64,000 nucleotides of DNA from Balamuthia mandrillaris (lineage: Eukaryota): assembly GCA_031835245.2 (NCBI GenBank), contig JAVKOQ020000019.1, positions 248,001 through 312,000 on the forward strand, written 5' to 3'. Shown here piece by piece: positions 12,520 through 24,008 of this stretch. The position numbers and the translations under genes are program-made. Under the pieces are notes generated by a model. That model had not been told where the DNA came from. It saw nothing but the letters and a program-made list of their open reading frames with translations, and ran no database searches. Numbering within the stretch: position 1 is the first letter of the stretch; every line of letters starts with the position of its first letter.

Positions 12520-13410
12520 AAGAGACGGCAAAGAGGAAATAACACAGCAAAAAAAAAAAAAGGAGAGATACCCATTAGTTCTGACAACACGACTCATCTC
12601 TCTCAAAGCGACTGGATATAGTTTTTGCATTTGGTGGAAGGAGCCGGACCGTACTCCAAACGGCATATCCGATATGATGACATCCACCGTTCCATCCCGC
12701 CAAGGCATTGCTCTTGCATCTCCCTCCCCCACTTGCAACAATGCCACCGAGGGTGATGATGAAGAAGAAGCAGAATTGAGCCACGATTGCACGTTGTTAT
12801 GTGCATGTTGTATGTCTCTGGGGGAGATGTCAGTGCCAAATATCACTGCTTGCGGACACAGATTTGCTGCGTGAATGGGGATGCTGCCCACTCCACAAAA
12901 TGGATCTACACTCCATATAGATAGAGGATTAAATAGAGGAAAAAAAAGGAGAAAGAAGAGAACGGAGAAGGAAGAAACATAAAAGAAGCGAGGAAAGACA
13001 AGAAAGAGGGAAAACACCAAACCTAGAACCACTTGACCAGGCTGAAGTTTTGCCAAGAGACAAAGCGAGTGAGCGATCATGGGGGATAGGGTGGTATGGC
13101 CTAGCTCTTTAAGCAAACCTCTGGCCCTTCTTCGCTTCCCCCTGGCGCCCTTGTGGCTGCTGTGGTTGCTGTGCAGCTCGTCCATGAAGGGACGAGCTGT
13201 TAGGGACAGACCCAACAGGAAGTGTCTTTCGTGGATGTGAAGAAAGGCCTCAAGCTCGTACTTCTTCAGAGAAACCGGCCATCCAAAGCTTTCATGCAGT
13301 GCTACATAAAGCGAGAGCAACAAGAGCGAAAGACAGGACAAAAAGAAAGCAAAGCCAGAAAAAGAAGAAGATAGTTAATAGAAAGAAGCGAAAGAGGGAG
13401 AAGGCAGAGA

Positions 13411-13445
<35 letters not shown>

Positions 13446-14247
13446 AGAGAGCAGAGAGCAGAGAGCAGAGAGAGAGCAGAGAGAGAGAGAGAGAGAGCAG
13501 AGAGCAGAGAGAGAGAGAGAGAGCAGAGAGCAGAGAGGAGAGCAGAGAGCAGAGAGCAGAGAGCAGAGAGCAGAGAGCAGAGAGCAGAGAGCAGAGAGCA
13601 GAGAGCAGAGAGCAGAGAGCAGAGAGAGAAGAGAGCAAAGAGAGGGAGAGGGAGAGAAGAGAGAAGAGAGGAGAGAAGAGCGAAACAAAGAAAGAAAGTA
13701 GAGAACCTCCGCCAAGAGCAGCTTCAGCATCCAAAGAACTCCAACGTTGGGAGGACCCAATCCTAGTGCACGAAGCACGAAACGTGGGAACGCACTCGCT
13801 CGACGCCATGAGCTCCCCCCTCCTCTCTGCCAACGCCTCGTCGTCGAGCGTGAAGCAGAGGTGGGACCTCCAAACCTCCAACGCTCGGCGCCACGCCTCA
13901 GCATTGCCTCTGTTCTGTGCCAAGCTGTCCATGAAAGGATCCAGCTGCTCCGCTTCCAACGGAAGGTCCTCCCCCTCCAGCACCAGCACGAAGAGGCCCT
14001 CGCAGCATCCAAGCCGGTGCAGCGCCTTGCCGTCGGCTTTGTTGGAGGGCAAGGAGAAGAACAACAGGCCGCTGCCGGCTTCGTGACGGAGGTCTTTTAC
14101 ATCAGGCAGGCTGTCGCGATGCTCTTGGGCCGCCACGAACTCCAAGCCCTGCGTGACCACCGCAAAGTACGTAACCAGCGAGGAGGAGGAGAGGTCCTCC
14201 TCGGCGCTGCCGCCCTCTTGTGGTTGTGCGTTACTTTCTTTCTGCAT
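12026..14247 (-). CDS. THUMP-domain RNA methyltransferase (THUMPD2/THUMPD3/Trm14-like)
   Basis: YFAVVTQGLEFVAAQE N-terminus; TTLSPMIAHSL; DPFCGVGSIP motif I; DARAMPW..VDVIISDMPFG. Confidence 0.85.
13402..13680. repeat. Compound (AG)n/(AGAGAGC)n intronic microsatellite
   Basis: Visible tandem units inside the THUMP gene intron. Confidence 0.95.
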
Positions 14248-14270
14248 CTTTTTCCTTTACATTTTACTCA

Positions 14271-14386
14271 CGACGTCATGATGTTTTGTCACATTCGTGA
14301 CGTCACAAAGCACCATTTCTTTTCGGGACGTCATGAAATAATGAATCAGGACGTCACGATACATGAAAGGATCAGGACGTCACGAT
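14271..14386. promoter_or_regulatory. Array of five GACGTCA (CRE/ATF-like) motifs in a bidirectional promoter
   Basis: GACGTCA at 14272, 14299, 14327, 14350 and 14376, between divergent ATGs at 14247 and 14405. Confidence 0.55.
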
Positions 14387-14404
14387 TTGTAAATCAACAA
14401 AGAA

Positions 14405-14737
14405 ATGATGATGCTGCAAGAAGATGAGAATGTAACAAGGAAGAGCCAGGCTTCGCCCCTGCTGCGGAAGAAGGCCTTGCTGTTCACCAACAACTTGGCT
14501 TGCGTAGGTGCTGTTGGGGTGAGCGTCTTGCTGCCGGAGATCCTCGGTTTGAGCTTGCAGAGCGCTACCGAACGCAGCCTTCTTCTGTTGCTTGCCTGTC
14601 TAATCCCTTGCTTTCTCGTCCTTCATGGAGTCGTTCTTCTGCGGCTTCATTCTCCTTCCCTTCATACTGTTTGTGCTGCTCTCTTTTTTTTGGTGCTATT
14701 TAATCTCTCACTAACTCTTCTTCTCTTCTCTTATCGC

Positions 14738-14782
<45 letters not shown>

Positions 14783-15527
14783 TTGCCATTGCAGAGCACA
14801 GGCATTCTACGGGGTCTCTCTGGTCTCTTTTGGGGCAGCCTATTCTTTCATTTCTTGGGCGTCATGTTTGGTGCTCCATTGATAGAGTGCGTTTTTTTTT
14901 TGATTCTATCCTTGTCTCTTCATTTAATGTGCAATGCTTCTTCTTGTTCTTCTTCTTCTTCTTGTTCTTCTTCTTCTTCTTCTTGTTCTTCTTGTTCTTC
15001 TTCTTCTTCTTCTTCTTCTTCTTCTTCTTCTTCTTCTTCTTCTTCTGCTCCATCTTCTTCTGATAAGGGATGCTGGACGCACGTTTCTTTGGGCAGTGCT
15101 GATGGCGACGTTGGTTGCCCTCCCAGCTGCTTGCTTTCTTGGTTTTGATCCTCGTCGCCTCGTTCTCATCACTGTATTTGATCCAAGGTTTGTTCTCATA
15201 GAAACGAAAGAAAGAAAGAACAAACAGCGAGAGAAGAAGAAGAGAAGAAGCAGAAAGAGCAGACTTTAACTTCATTCTTTAACATCCTTTTTTTTTTTCA
15301 TTCAAACCAACAGCTCTTCCGCAATTGCATCAAGTCTTTCACTGCCAGCAGATGGAGCCATTGTCGGAACGTGGGTGGGCGCATTTGTCATTCCCTTGGA
15401 TTGGGATAGAGAGTGGCAGGTGTGGCCAGTGTCATGCTGCTACGGCGCCATCGGAGGCTATCTCCTGGGCTCCTTTTTGTCTGCTCTCTTTTTGTTTGTG
15501 GCTCCTACGCCACCAAAAGAAGATTGA
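14405..15527 (+). CDS. PIGF: GPI-anchor biosynthesis protein PIG-F/GPI11
   Basis: GVMFGAPL, TFLWAVLMATL, GTWVGAFVIPLDWDREWQVWPVSC..G..GGY. Confidence 0.9.
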
Positions 15528-15651
15528 CGGTATTCACGTTGTTCGTGTTGTGGCTGCTGTCTCTCTCGCCCACAGAGAGGGGAAGAGGCCCTGGCCGAAC
15601 GCGTCCGTTAGTTCCAACAACCACACAATTAAATTTCTCAAATGTCGAAGC

Positions 15652-15724
15652 GGGGGCGTAGCTCAATTGGTAGAGCGTTTGGCTCCAGACCGAAAGGCTG
15701 CGTGTTCAAGTCACGTCGTCCTCA
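15652..15724 (+). tRNA. trnW: tRNA-Trp (CCA)
   Basis: Cloverleaf GGGGGCG/CGTCCTC, anticodon arm TTTGG-CTCCAGA-CCGAA, TTCAAGT T-loop, T7 terminator. Confidence 0.93.
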
Positions 15725-15883
15725 TAACTTTTTTTGTTATGCACCCATACTGGGTGAGAAAAAAAGTTGATTTTTTTTTGTGGGACAACACACCTTTCTA
15801 ACTCTTTTCGACGTACACACAACGTACACTGCACTCAGAAAAACAAAAAATGGTAAGAAACCAAGCCTCGAAAAAAAAGAACG

Positions 15884-15956
15884 AGGCACCAGTGGGATTC
15901 GAACCCACGACCTTCTCCTTACTAGGGAGACGCGCTGCCAACTACGCCATGGCGCC
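15884..15956 (-). tRNA. trnT: tRNA-Thr (AGT), copy 1
   Basis: GGCGCCA/TGGTGCC acceptor stem, TCTCC-CTAGTAA-GGAGA, GTGGG-TTCGAAT-CCCAC, T-run terminator. Confidence 0.94.
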
Positions 15957-15961
15957 CTACC

Positions 15962-16208
15962 TGCCTTGTTGTGCCCAAGTTTATCTAGTTGCACGAGCGG
16001 ATCCCAGTGCATTCTGACAGTCAGGCAGCTAGGCGGATTCGCATCTCTTCTTCCTTGGCAAAGGCCGAAGCTACAGCCCACCCGTCCGAGTCGGTTGCAG
16101 GATGGATGCGCGGCTTTGGTTGAAGTTCTCAGAGCAGATAAGGCGGGCTTGAGCGTTGGTGCTGAGTTGGCAGCCGCCCTGACTGACAGCCTTGGGTACA
16201 AGTGGGCA
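15962..16208 (+). ncRNA. Candidate structured RNA, class unknown
   Basis: Nested complementary segments with G-U pairs favouring the + strand (see findings). Confidence 0.3.
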
Positions 16209-16329
16209 ATACACTGTGAGGAACGAGGAGGAGCGTCAGTTCTTAACAGAACTTGGTGACTCAGCTGCAAGCACACTGCACAGAGAGGGGGAAAAAACCT
16301 ACCCAGGCAATCCTCGAAAAAAAAGAAAG

Positions 16330-16402
16330 AGGCACCAGTGGGATTCGAACCCACGACCTTCTCCTTACTAGGGAGACGCGCTGCCAACTACGCCATGGCG
16401 CC
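16330..16402 (-). tRNA. trnT: tRNA-Thr (AGT), copy 2, identical to copy 1
   Basis: Same 73-nt sequence and a near-identical trailer/terminator. Confidence 0.94.
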
Positions 16403-16532
16403 CTTGCTGATCTGCCGGCCAATTTTTGGCTACAAATGAACAAAAAATAGCTAATTTTTTTCCTATCAATTTATTTTTTTTGCTTTTTCATTGTAATTTT
16501 CGTTTAGAAATTTTTTATTGCGTAGCGAGAAG

Positions 16533-18500
16533 ATGAGTAGCAGCCTTGGGGATGCCGCAGCAGCTGGCCAGAGCAGCGGGAGCGTTGCCACGGTCTCGCC
16601 GCGCAAGGCCGTGCCCTTGAACTACGCTGAGGCCAAGAAGGTCTACCTCGCTGCCTGCGTGAAGCTGCACACCCAGCCCGTGCGCGCCGTGGTGGCCTTG
16701 TTCGAGAAGCAGGTTCGGCAGAGGCAGCCCTCCGTCGTGTTCAACCTGGCTCACAAGGGATTGGTACGTGCCCATCCCTCTGAATGCTTGTTTTTGCTTT
16801 TCTTTCTCTCTTTATTGTTGATGTGGGAGTGATGTTGAACAAACATGTTTTGCAAGGACTCGAAATCTGTAACTGCCCTTTGTAGCACTCTCACTAAGTT
16901 CAACACGTAGGTGCCTCCTTTTAATCAACGTATGTCTTTTTTTTTCTTACTTCTCAACTTACTCTGCCTACAAAAAAAAGTATACCCGTTCGCTCGTTGG
17001 AACTTAACAACAACAACATCGATAAACGTGGATGCAAAGTTTGTTGCTCTCTCTCTCTCTCTCTCTCTCTATGTTGACCAACCCTTTCTCTATCTAACCT
17101 GTCTATTTGCTGTGTTGCTTGCAGGCGTTAGCGGCTTTGCTGCGCTCCTCCAGGACTCTCACTCAACTCGATCTTTCTGAGAACAAGCTTGGCGATCAAG
17201 GTTTCTTTTCTTTCGTTTTGCTTTCTTTTTCGTTCCTTCTCAAGTCTGTTTTTAATGATAATAAATAGGAGTGAAGCTCTTGGCGGAAGGGGTTGGACGT
17301 GCTCCTGCCCTCATTACCCTTAACTTGCGAGACAATGACATTACAGATCTTGCTCTGGTCGATCTGGCACCTGCTCTTCTGCAGACATCAACCTTAGAAG
17401 AGGTCTGTTCTCTCTTCCCTTTCTTCCATCCTACGTCTTGTCGTTGGTCCTCGTTCTTGAACTATATTGTTTTCGTATCAGTTTTGTAGTCGTCTTCTTG
17501 TTCTTTCTCATTGGCGCTCATCATAAGCATACCTTCTTTTCTTTTCTTTTCCCGTTGGATAGTTGAATCTTGGCAACAATCCTATCAAGGGCAGCAAAGT
17601 GCCAGAGTTTGTTGCTGCTTTAGAGAAGAACTGCACGCTTGTGACTCTAAATCTTTCCAACACGCACATCTCAGCGGAACATGCTGACGCTTTCTTGAAG
17701 GTTAGCTTCCAAAGTTACCTAACTGACTGGATTGGTTTTTTCTTACTTACTACTCTGCTCTCTCTCTCTCTCTCTCTCTCTCAGTTGCTTAGAACATCTG
17801 GAAGTCTTACCACTGTTGAACTTAAAGGAGCAAGAATGTCCGAAACAAATCTTGCAGCAATCACTGAGGTTTCTAGCACCATCTTATCTTACCTTTTTTT
17901 TCTCACTCTCACGTTTTTTTTTGGTTCGTATTACGTCATCCTTTTAGGCATCGCGCAAGCATTCCAAGTGGAGGAACCAGTTTTACAATGCGTTAAAACA
18001 AGGTCGTGATGCAGGAAAACAATGGGCAGCAGCCTATAGCGTTGCTGCTACTTCTCTCGGCGCTGAATTGCAAGAGGTGGGTCACTTATCCCTCCACTCT
18101 TTCATCGTGCACTCATTGCGTATTATCTCTTTTTCGTTCAGCAAAAATCGTCAGATCTGCAAATCCAACTTGCTCAATTGGACGCGTTTGTTAAGGAGCA
18201 AATACCACATATGAAAGTGAGTTGTTTGCTTCTTTTATTCGGTTTGCAAGAATCATTACATACCAACTTTCGTTACTCTTCTCATTGATGTACAGATAAC
18301 CTTGACCGAAGGAGTAAATGCACTGAGAAAAACTATGTTAGAAGAGCTACGGTGGATAGAAAAGAACGAAAGCGAGAGAGACAAGAAAGAATGGATGCAA
18401 CGGGTGCAAATGGAACGAGAGAGGGAAGAATTATCACAAGAGCTCAACATGCTCAGATCGCAACTTGGGCTAAACGGAGGTCTTGTAAAGGTTTGTCCTC

Positions 18501-18544
<44 letters not shown>

Positions 18545-20451
18545 CTTTATCTTCTGAAATGGGACAAATACAGGGCGACCGAAGGTCAAGTTTAAGTTAT
18601 AGCGAAATGCAAAGTCTACTGGACGAAGAAAGGTTAAAGAGGACCGCCTCCCGAAGAGAGCAGTACCTTAGACAAAAAGCCTCCGATATGGAAGCACGAC
18701 TCAACCAACTCCAAGAACAACTGTTTGAAACGGTAAAACTATTTGCTTTCTTTCTTTATGTTCGTTCTGGTTCCCCGATTGTAATGCCTATTTATTTTGA
18801 AAAGGCTGTACAAAGAAGGATGCGAAAAGGGATGCAACGTCGTCAACAACGAAGGCAACTCCCTTCTACCTCTCTTGCTAGCAGCGGCGCAATTCAAGTG
18901 TACAAAGGAAAAAATGCTACTGATGCTGACGATGACGACTTTGACGACTTAAATAACAGTCTAGATGTCGTCGAAGCAAAAACCGCCTCTCTGGTCGTTC
19001 AACAACAAAAAACTGTTCAAGTCGTGGAAGAAACCGTGGAAGTGACTCAAGAAGAGGAAGAAGAGGAAGAAGGAGATTTGGATGATATTCAACGCTTTCG
19101 AGAGGCCATCATGGTCATCAAAGAAGAGATGGTTGAGCTAAGACAAACCACTTTCTCCGAAATGTGGAACGAGCTCATCGTGGAGAACGAAGAGCTGAGA
19201 CGCGCCTCTCTGGAGCTGCAAACCACAATCAACCAACTGAGAGAGAAAGAGAGCCTCGCTCAATGGGATGAGAGCAAAGAACGAGAGGCCCGTCGCCTCC
19301 TCAAAGAGAAAGAAAAAGAAGGCAAAGGGGAGCTCAAAGAAAAAGAAAAGGAGATTATCCTCCTCCGAAATGCTCTGAAAAAATTGGAACTAGAAGAAAA
19401 GGACAAAGAGGATCAACTGCGAGAGCACTACGAAGAACTTCTTCGCGAAAAGGACTTGCAACGCGCACAAGAGCAAGAGAGAACGTTGCAAGAACTGCGG
19501 GACAAGAACACGGAGCTCGAGACCGAACGCAAACGTCTCAACGAGCGGATGGAGCAGTTGAAGCAGTTGAACGCAGAGTTGTTGACCGCTGCAGAGGAGA
19601 AGGACAAACGCAGCAAGCACTGGGAGAAAGAGGCCAAAGAGAAGGAGGAGCGTCTTCAAGCGCTGCAAGAAACGCTGAGGGAGAGAGAGGAGAAGGAGAA
19701 GGAGCGATTGGAGGCAGAGAGCGCGCGGTGGAGAGAAAGCCAACGCGACTTGGAGGCAGAGGCAAGGGAGAAGGACTTGCGAATAGAAGAACTGACGGTG
19801 AAACTGGAGATGAAGGAGAGGAAATGGGAGGGGCTGAGAGAAGAGTACGAGACCAGGCTGCGGGACATGAAGGAGCTGAGCGAGGGGCTCTACCAAAGAA
19901 AAGTGAAAGGCTTTCACGAGGAGCTCACCGCCAAAACGGAGGAGATCAACGAGCTGAGCAAGAGGCTAAAGGCCAAGGAGGAGGTGGAGGAGAGCTTTGC
20001 AAAGGCGAAAGCCGAGTTGAAGGAACAGACTGCGGCGTTGGAGGAGTTGCGGCTTGCCTATCAAGCTCAAGCCAAGAGCCTTGCCAAAGCTGAAGCCGCC
20101 CTTTCTGCCGCTTCTTCTTGCAATGAACACTTTATATTATACTGCACAGTCCCTGGACGTTGTTCAACGAGCATCAAATTGAAGAAGAGAGAGAGCATAA
20201 GGAAAAAAAAAGGTGGAGTATCAGAAGAAGTACAAGAAGAAGAAAAACAAGAACGAAGAAGAAGAAGAAGAAGAAGAAGAAGAAGAAGAAGAAGAACAAG
20301 AAGAAGAATAGAAGAAGAAGAACAAGAAGAAGAAGAAGAAGAAGAAGAAGAAGAAGAAGAAGAAGAAGAAGAAGAAGAAGAAGAAGAAGAAGAAGAAGAA
20401 GAAGGACAAGAAAGCGACTCCAGCTTCGAACGCGGGGTTTTGCCGGAGTGA
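16533..20451 (+). CDS. RI-like leucine-rich-repeat protein with long coiled-coil
   Basis: LRRs (LITLNLRDNDITD, LNLGNNPIKG, LVTLNLSNTHIS) then a long E/K/R heptad region; 3' end uncertain, includes a (GAA)n tract. Confidence 0.75.
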
Positions 20452-20618
20452 AGTGAGCAAACGGTTACGCGTAACCGGGTTGAAAAGAGGAGAGAGAAGG
20501 AGGTGTCTCGGTGGACAAAAAAAGGGAAAATTTGAAATGAGTTGCTGTGAGTGAGGCAGGTGCACCTATATTGGTCGTCGAGGATACCCTGTAGGATCAT
20601 TATTTTTTACTTTTATGG

Positions 20619-23440
20619 ATGTTTCCTCCACCCAAGGCCTACGAAGAGACGCGTGCAGAGGAACCGGCGTTACGACACCATTACCTCCCATCGGGGCAGT
20701 GTTCGCAAGTTTTTCTTAAGAAAGCGTGGGGTTGTTGCTGTTTGAATAGTTTGTTTAAAGAAAAGTTTGGACAACGAAAGGGAAGAATGAAACCTAGGTT
20801 TGATGAGACAGCGTTACGGTTGATGCAGGAGGAGGTTCCTTCCCCTTTGGTGGAGAGCTTCTTGTTGTGCTACAAGGACCTGCTGCCGGACGTTGAAGAC
20901 GCCGCGAAATGTACATACCTTTGTAACTTTTGGAAGACAAGGTTCGCCTCTCGCCGTTCATCCGTTTTTTTTTCTCTCCACCTTCTAACTTACGCCGCAA
21001 AGCTTCGAGGACGCGGCGTTGAAAGGCGACTCTTCTTTCGAGCACGTTTCCGCTCGGTACTCCTTTGCCCTCCCTCCTTCCCTTCTTGTTTTGTCTTTAC
21101 TTGATGCTTAACGGTTTCGGTTTCCAGGATGATCCGGTTTATGCGGTTATGGGTGGAACACTTCCCATCCGACCTTACGACCCTGCAGTGGGCCGAAGTG
21201 GCCAAGTGTATAGAGACCCATTGCTCCTGCCCGCTCGTCAATGAGTTCAAGCTGCTGCTCCTCAAGACAGCCAAGCAACTGCGAAGCAAAGCCGCTGCCT
21301 CCTCGCCAGCAACCCCATCGACTCCGGCCTCGCCTCGTGCTCTTCACAACCCGCTGACCATCAAAGAGCTCTCACCCAAAGTCATTGCAGCGGAGCTCAC
21401 CCGACACGAACTGGCCCTCTTTGTACGGATACCTGTGAGGGAGTTTTTGGTTCAGGGCTGGCAGAAAGCCAAAACAACAAGCCCGAACATCTCTGCCTTT
21501 ATTCGCCAGTTTAACGCGGTTCGTTTCTTCCTTCATGCTTGTTGCTCTGAGGCCCCCGTCTGTGCTTCTATGCTGAGTACTGATAAAGCCACTGCATGTT
21601 CTGCTTCATGGTATAGGTTAGCTTCTGGGTGACAACACAGATCCTGATGAGAGATTCCATCGAGGAGCAAACGCAGACCATCAAAAAACTGCTCAAGGCG
21701 GCCCGCCTCTGCCTCGAGCTCCACAACTTCAACACCTGCATCGAGATCATCTCGGGCCTGAACAACAGCTTCGTTCAACGGCAGAAGTTGGCGTGGAAAG
21801 GGCTTTCCGACAAGGACAGAAACCGGTTCCATCAGATGGACGATCTTCTACAGCCGCATTGCAACTTTGCAAAATACAGACAAACTTTCGAGAAGACCGA
21901 ACTCCCAAAGCTTCCTTACTTTGCTTTGCTCTTGCGGGACATTACTTTCATTCTGGACGGCAACGAAAAGTATTCATGCAACAACCAAGACGATGAAGGA
22001 GGCAGCATCAACTTAGAGCGAATTGAAATGTTGGGAAGCATGCTTAAGTCGTTTCAGGAATTGCAATTGCAATCCCCGCTCTATCTTCCCAAGCTTCGTT
22101 CCATGATGAGCGGTGCCATTACTTCCATGTCCTCTGCGGAGAGGCTTGTGACGGAAGGAGAAGAGGATAATATCATCCCTTCTTTGCTCTTCGATGAACA
22201 TCAGACCAACGAAGACGCCGAAAACATTCGAGAGTACTTTATGAACCTTCAGTACATCGACGACGACGAAGAGCTCTGTCGCCTGTCTTATCGTCTGCAC
22301 CCTGCTTCAGAGAATAGTACCCCATTCGCCACTCAGCCAAGCGACAGCACTATCGACGTCTCGTTCACTGACTCGGCATCATCCACTTCAAGCAGCATCG
22401 AGCCCGATGATTCCTCTTCATTCCTTGACCCTGAGAGAACTCCTTCGGACCCACCTGCTTCGCCTGGCAAAGAAGGACGTTCCTCTTTCTCATCTTCAGA
22501 CTCCGCAGCCTTAATAGGAAACAAGTTGAGTCGGAGCAAATATGCTTTGGAGAGAAGCAAACGCAAATCAAGTTCTTCCACCGCCTTTGCTCCTCCTTCG
22601 TCACGCCAGGCCAAGCGAGCATCTCGCAAAACTACTTCAAGCAACAATAGCGGGTTGCCATCCGAGAACAACCGGTTCGCAACATTTCGAGAAATGTGTC
22701 ATGACTTGTTTCATCAAAACAATAACTCCACAAGAACTTATCGAAGTCGTTCAACAGAGGAAGATGGTGAAGGGGTGTTGATAGATAAGCTAAAAACAAA
22801 GGAACGAAGTCTTCATCTGGAAGAAGGCACCAGTTCATCATCAGCATCCGCTTCGTTATTGCTTTCTTCTCTGGAGGACGACGAGTTGGGAATTACTGCT
22901 ATGGAAAAGAGAGTACGAGCAGCTGCTGCAGCGTCCACAGATCATTCGGAAGAAGACAGCCAAAAGATGAAAAAGTTGAAGAGGAAGAAGAGGAGGATGA
23001 AGAAGAAATGGAGGGAGATGAAGCACAAGGGTTCCTTTTTCCTGTCCCACTCCTCGGAGAGAACAGCGGCCACCTCGCAGCAGATTCTTTTCAAATGCGA
23101 GTACGAAACTGTGAAGAAGACGATTGTCCTCCCTGCAGACGGCACCTTTGATACCCTTTCACGTGCGGTGGAGGAGAAGCTGAAGCTCGACGCTGTAGTC
23201 TTTCGAGTTCTGTACAATCCGCATCATTCTTTACGCAGCAGGGGAAAGCGTTTGGAGAGCCTCGACATCCCGCAAGAACGCTACGTACAAGTCACCCGAC
23301 GCAACTTTGCGTCTTTACTGGGAACGGTTCGTACGGGAGGGGGAGCTTGCAGCGACTCGGAGGAGATGGGAAACTCCTCCACCAACCACTGGAATGAAGG
23401 AAGGAAAGGGCTCATTCGGTTGAAAATTGAAAAGATATGA
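20619..23440 (+). CDS. RasGEF (REM + CDC25 domain)
   Basis: IRFMRLWVEHF, IAAELTRHELALF, FIRQFN, LELHNFNTCIEIISGL, PKLPYFALLLRDITFILDGN; start uncertain. Confidence 0.9.
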
Positions 23441-24008
23441 AACCAAAAACAAATGTAGCAATCCACCATTTCTATTGTTTGCATAAGAATGAAATATATA
23501 TAGTATAACATTCTTCTCTGCCAGCAACCCAACAAGGTCTTCGAGAGTTACCAAAAGAAAACATGTGAGATGCTAGCCCAAACAATGTACCAAATTATAA
23601 AACCGTAAGACCTTCGCCAAGCAACCGATTAAAATTTCTAAATATGGTATAGTTGAGTTGAAATATGAGATGGTTTTTTCCTTTTACGATTCCATTTTTT
23701 CCTTATACCATCCATTCAATTCTGAAATGGTGTACTTTTCGGGGAACGCTTTTGGGATTGTTGAGATGCATTTGTGTGACATTTCCGCAGCGCTTCCAGA
23801 AGGGGTTGTGTGTGTCCCGAGCGGTAGGATGAGAGGGCACTCGCAAGAGAGTGAGTTGGAGCTTCATGTGGTGTGGTGTTAATATTTTTATTTATATTTT
23901 TCAAAGTTACACTTTGTACGCTATATTTTTTATTTTGTTTTATTATTGTTGACTGAACAACTCTCTTGCAGGCACGTTTTCCAGGCGCGCGTGCTGGTTT
24001 AGCCTTCA

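Noticed and set aside
13299..13766. ORFs of ER/AESREQR, LS, poly-S/F/K repeats here and near 14.9, 20.2, 30.2, 34.1 and 50.8 kb
   Set aside because: Translations of microsatellites, mostly intronic or intergenic
14271..14386. CRISPR-like reading of the short regularly spaced repeats
   Set aside because: The core is only 7-16 nt, spacers are too short, there are no cas genes, and the context is a eukaryotic promoter
15884..16402. CTA in the anticodon loop suggesting an amber suppressor tRNA
   Set aside because: The 7-nt loop CT-AGT-AA places AGT (Thr) at positions 34-36
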